DNA of 64,000 nt from Lama glama (Eukaryota). The notes below the pieces were generated by a model. That model made no database searches. It saw only the letters and a list, made by a program, of their open reading frames with translations, and was not told the origin of the DNA. The translations under genes were made by a program, and so were the position numbers. Numbering within the stretch: position 1 is the first letter of the stretch; the number at the start of each line of letters is the position of its first letter. The stretch spans positions 33,542,001 through 33,606,000 of the forward strand of contig CM052837.1 in assembly GCA_028534125.1 (NCBI GenBank), in the 5' to 3' direction. Below are positions 62,306 to 64,000 of the stretch, one piece after another.

Positions 62306-62468
62306 TTTCTCTTTGGTTTGTTTGTTTTTTTAATTCTGTCTTTAAGGAGGTAATTAGGTTTATTTATTTATATCTCTCTATGTATTTTAATGGGGGTCCT
62401 GGGGCTTGAACCCAGGGCCTTGTGCATACTAAGCAGGTGCTCTACCACAGAGCTAGACCTTCCCCTCC
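62306..62468 (-). mobile_element. tRNA-derived SINE (camelid type) with perfect 12-bp TSD
   Basis: TSD gcagctattctt at 62294-62305 and 62469-62480; ggaggtaattaggtttattt, ttgaacccaggg. Confidence 0.92.
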
Positions 62469-64000
62469 GCAGCTATTCTTATGGTCACAGGTTTTCTGAC
62501 TCTTCCTCTCCCCACTTAATCAGCCAAGGGCTCCCAGTTCTGAGGGAGTCGTCACCTCACCTACATTCAGCAAGGAGCCATTGTGTGTGCCCAGGCGGCT
62601 TTGGGAAGTTATAAAAAATGAGCAAGACACAGCCTCCTCTCACCAACTAGAACAGAGGTGCCTGCCTGGTAAACCACAGCCAGATCTGGCCCAGGGAGTG
62701 TTTTCCTATCTTGCAAAATATTTATTTGACAATAGAATGGACCAAGGTCTAAAGATTTGAAGAGTTCACTTTTTAAAATAAGATATCCAAAGGCTTGGCT
62801 TATTTTGAAAAATCAGAAGACGTAGCCATTGCCAAGTGTGGGAGACCCTTGAGAATAATCACCAGCTACTCTGCACTTTGTCCTGCTGCCCGCTGCCCGC
62901 ATCTGCCCGGGTTCCCTGTTAGTAGTCGGTCTGGAATTGATGTCTGTTTTTATTAATAGTGAGACTACGTCAGGCCCACGTCAGTGGATAAGCCAGGGCT
63001 GAAGGCGAGACAGGAACCCCCGGAAGCTCACCTGTCCTAAGAGAGTCCCCAGGAGAGAGGGAGGGCTGCGTGGGAGGGCCTGGTGCAGGCGGGCGAGGAC
63101 AGTGGCGGCCCTTCAGCCTGGAAGCCCAGCTGGAGAAGCAGCTTGGCGAGAACAGTCCTCCCAGGGACTCCCAGGTGTCGGGGGGAAATTATCTGTTGGC
63201 CCAGCTCATTTCTCAAGCCGCCACATTCGTTTCTAGAAATGTCACCTGTTATAAGCAGTCCAGGGGATGTTTGCTTCCAGCTGGCAAGCCGGCGGAGAAG
63301 AAATGGGCAGTAAAGTCTTTCCTATAAAGTTGGTTTGGGGACTGAGGGGCTGGCTTCACATCAAGGCATGTCAGAGAGGTGCTGGCCTGAGCCGCACATT
63401 CACTGCCGGCTGATCTAAGTGTGGCCGTAAAAAGGGTATTTATGAGCGAGTCTTGTGGCAAAGTATCACTGAGTGCTTCGGTGGCCTAATGATATAGGTA
63501 GGAAATTAAACGGCAGAGTTAGAGTTAGTGATAAAAAATGATGTGTAATGACAGGTCATGGCTGTCTTGGCTGGAATATGAATCAGCACTGATGCCCATG
63601 GTCAGAGAACCCAAGGGGGCTGCCCTGCTGGGGTCCCCCCTCCTTGCCTCCACTCTGGATTTCAGAGCCAGACCCTCAGGGCTGGAAGACGAGACCTTTT
63701 TGTTTCAAGTTTAACATTTTCTGGGATAAAGGAAGGGCAAGGGCTGTCTTATTATTATGATTATTTTAATTTTGCAAATGGTTTTTGAAAAAAATCAGAA
63801 TATTCTAGATGAAGAGAACCAAGTCTTTGAACAGCCCTGCCCCATCCTGACTTCTCTGTACAAGAAATTCGTGTGTGAGATTGTGTTTCACGCTTACAAC
63901 AGGAAGGACTTTGCAGGAAGAGTAACTTTTCTAATTTTATAAATAAAGAAACTGAGGCACAGGAAGTTTGTGACTCACCCACAGCCAGTAAGTGGCAGAG

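Noticed and set aside
1-64000. Naming the locus or neighbouring gene; CRISPR or prokaryotic systems
   Set aside because: No exon recognised to anchor the locus; the sequence is mammalian and has no repeat-spacer array.

Overview
Mammalian genomic DNA, probably camelid (inferred from three copies of a tRNA-derived SINE and from young L1 3' ends). No host protein-coding exon was recognised, and the locus could not be named. The window is mostly interspersed repeats (MIR, L2, L1, MLT1/LTR33/MER34-like LTRs, MER5A/20/33/53/58/82, Tigger1 derivative) around an orphan CpG island (~14.6-15.6 kb) and several repeat-free, motif-dense blocks that look like developmental enhancers. There are four short N gaps. 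The standout is a ~1.27-kb decayed, minus-strand, coding-like insert at 4141-5415 that ends in an A-tract. Manual translation across stops and frameshifts gives collinear motif matches to bornavirus nucleoprotein N (~4165-5030), preceded by matches to bornavirus matrix protein M (~5060-5415). This makes it a candidate endogenous bornavirus-like element with an M-then-N arrangement that I do not know from any bornavirus genome. The alignments were made by eye against BoDV-1 proteins recalled from memory, at low identity, and need tBLASTn/HMM confirmation. Repeat subfamily names and boundaries are by-eye estimates.
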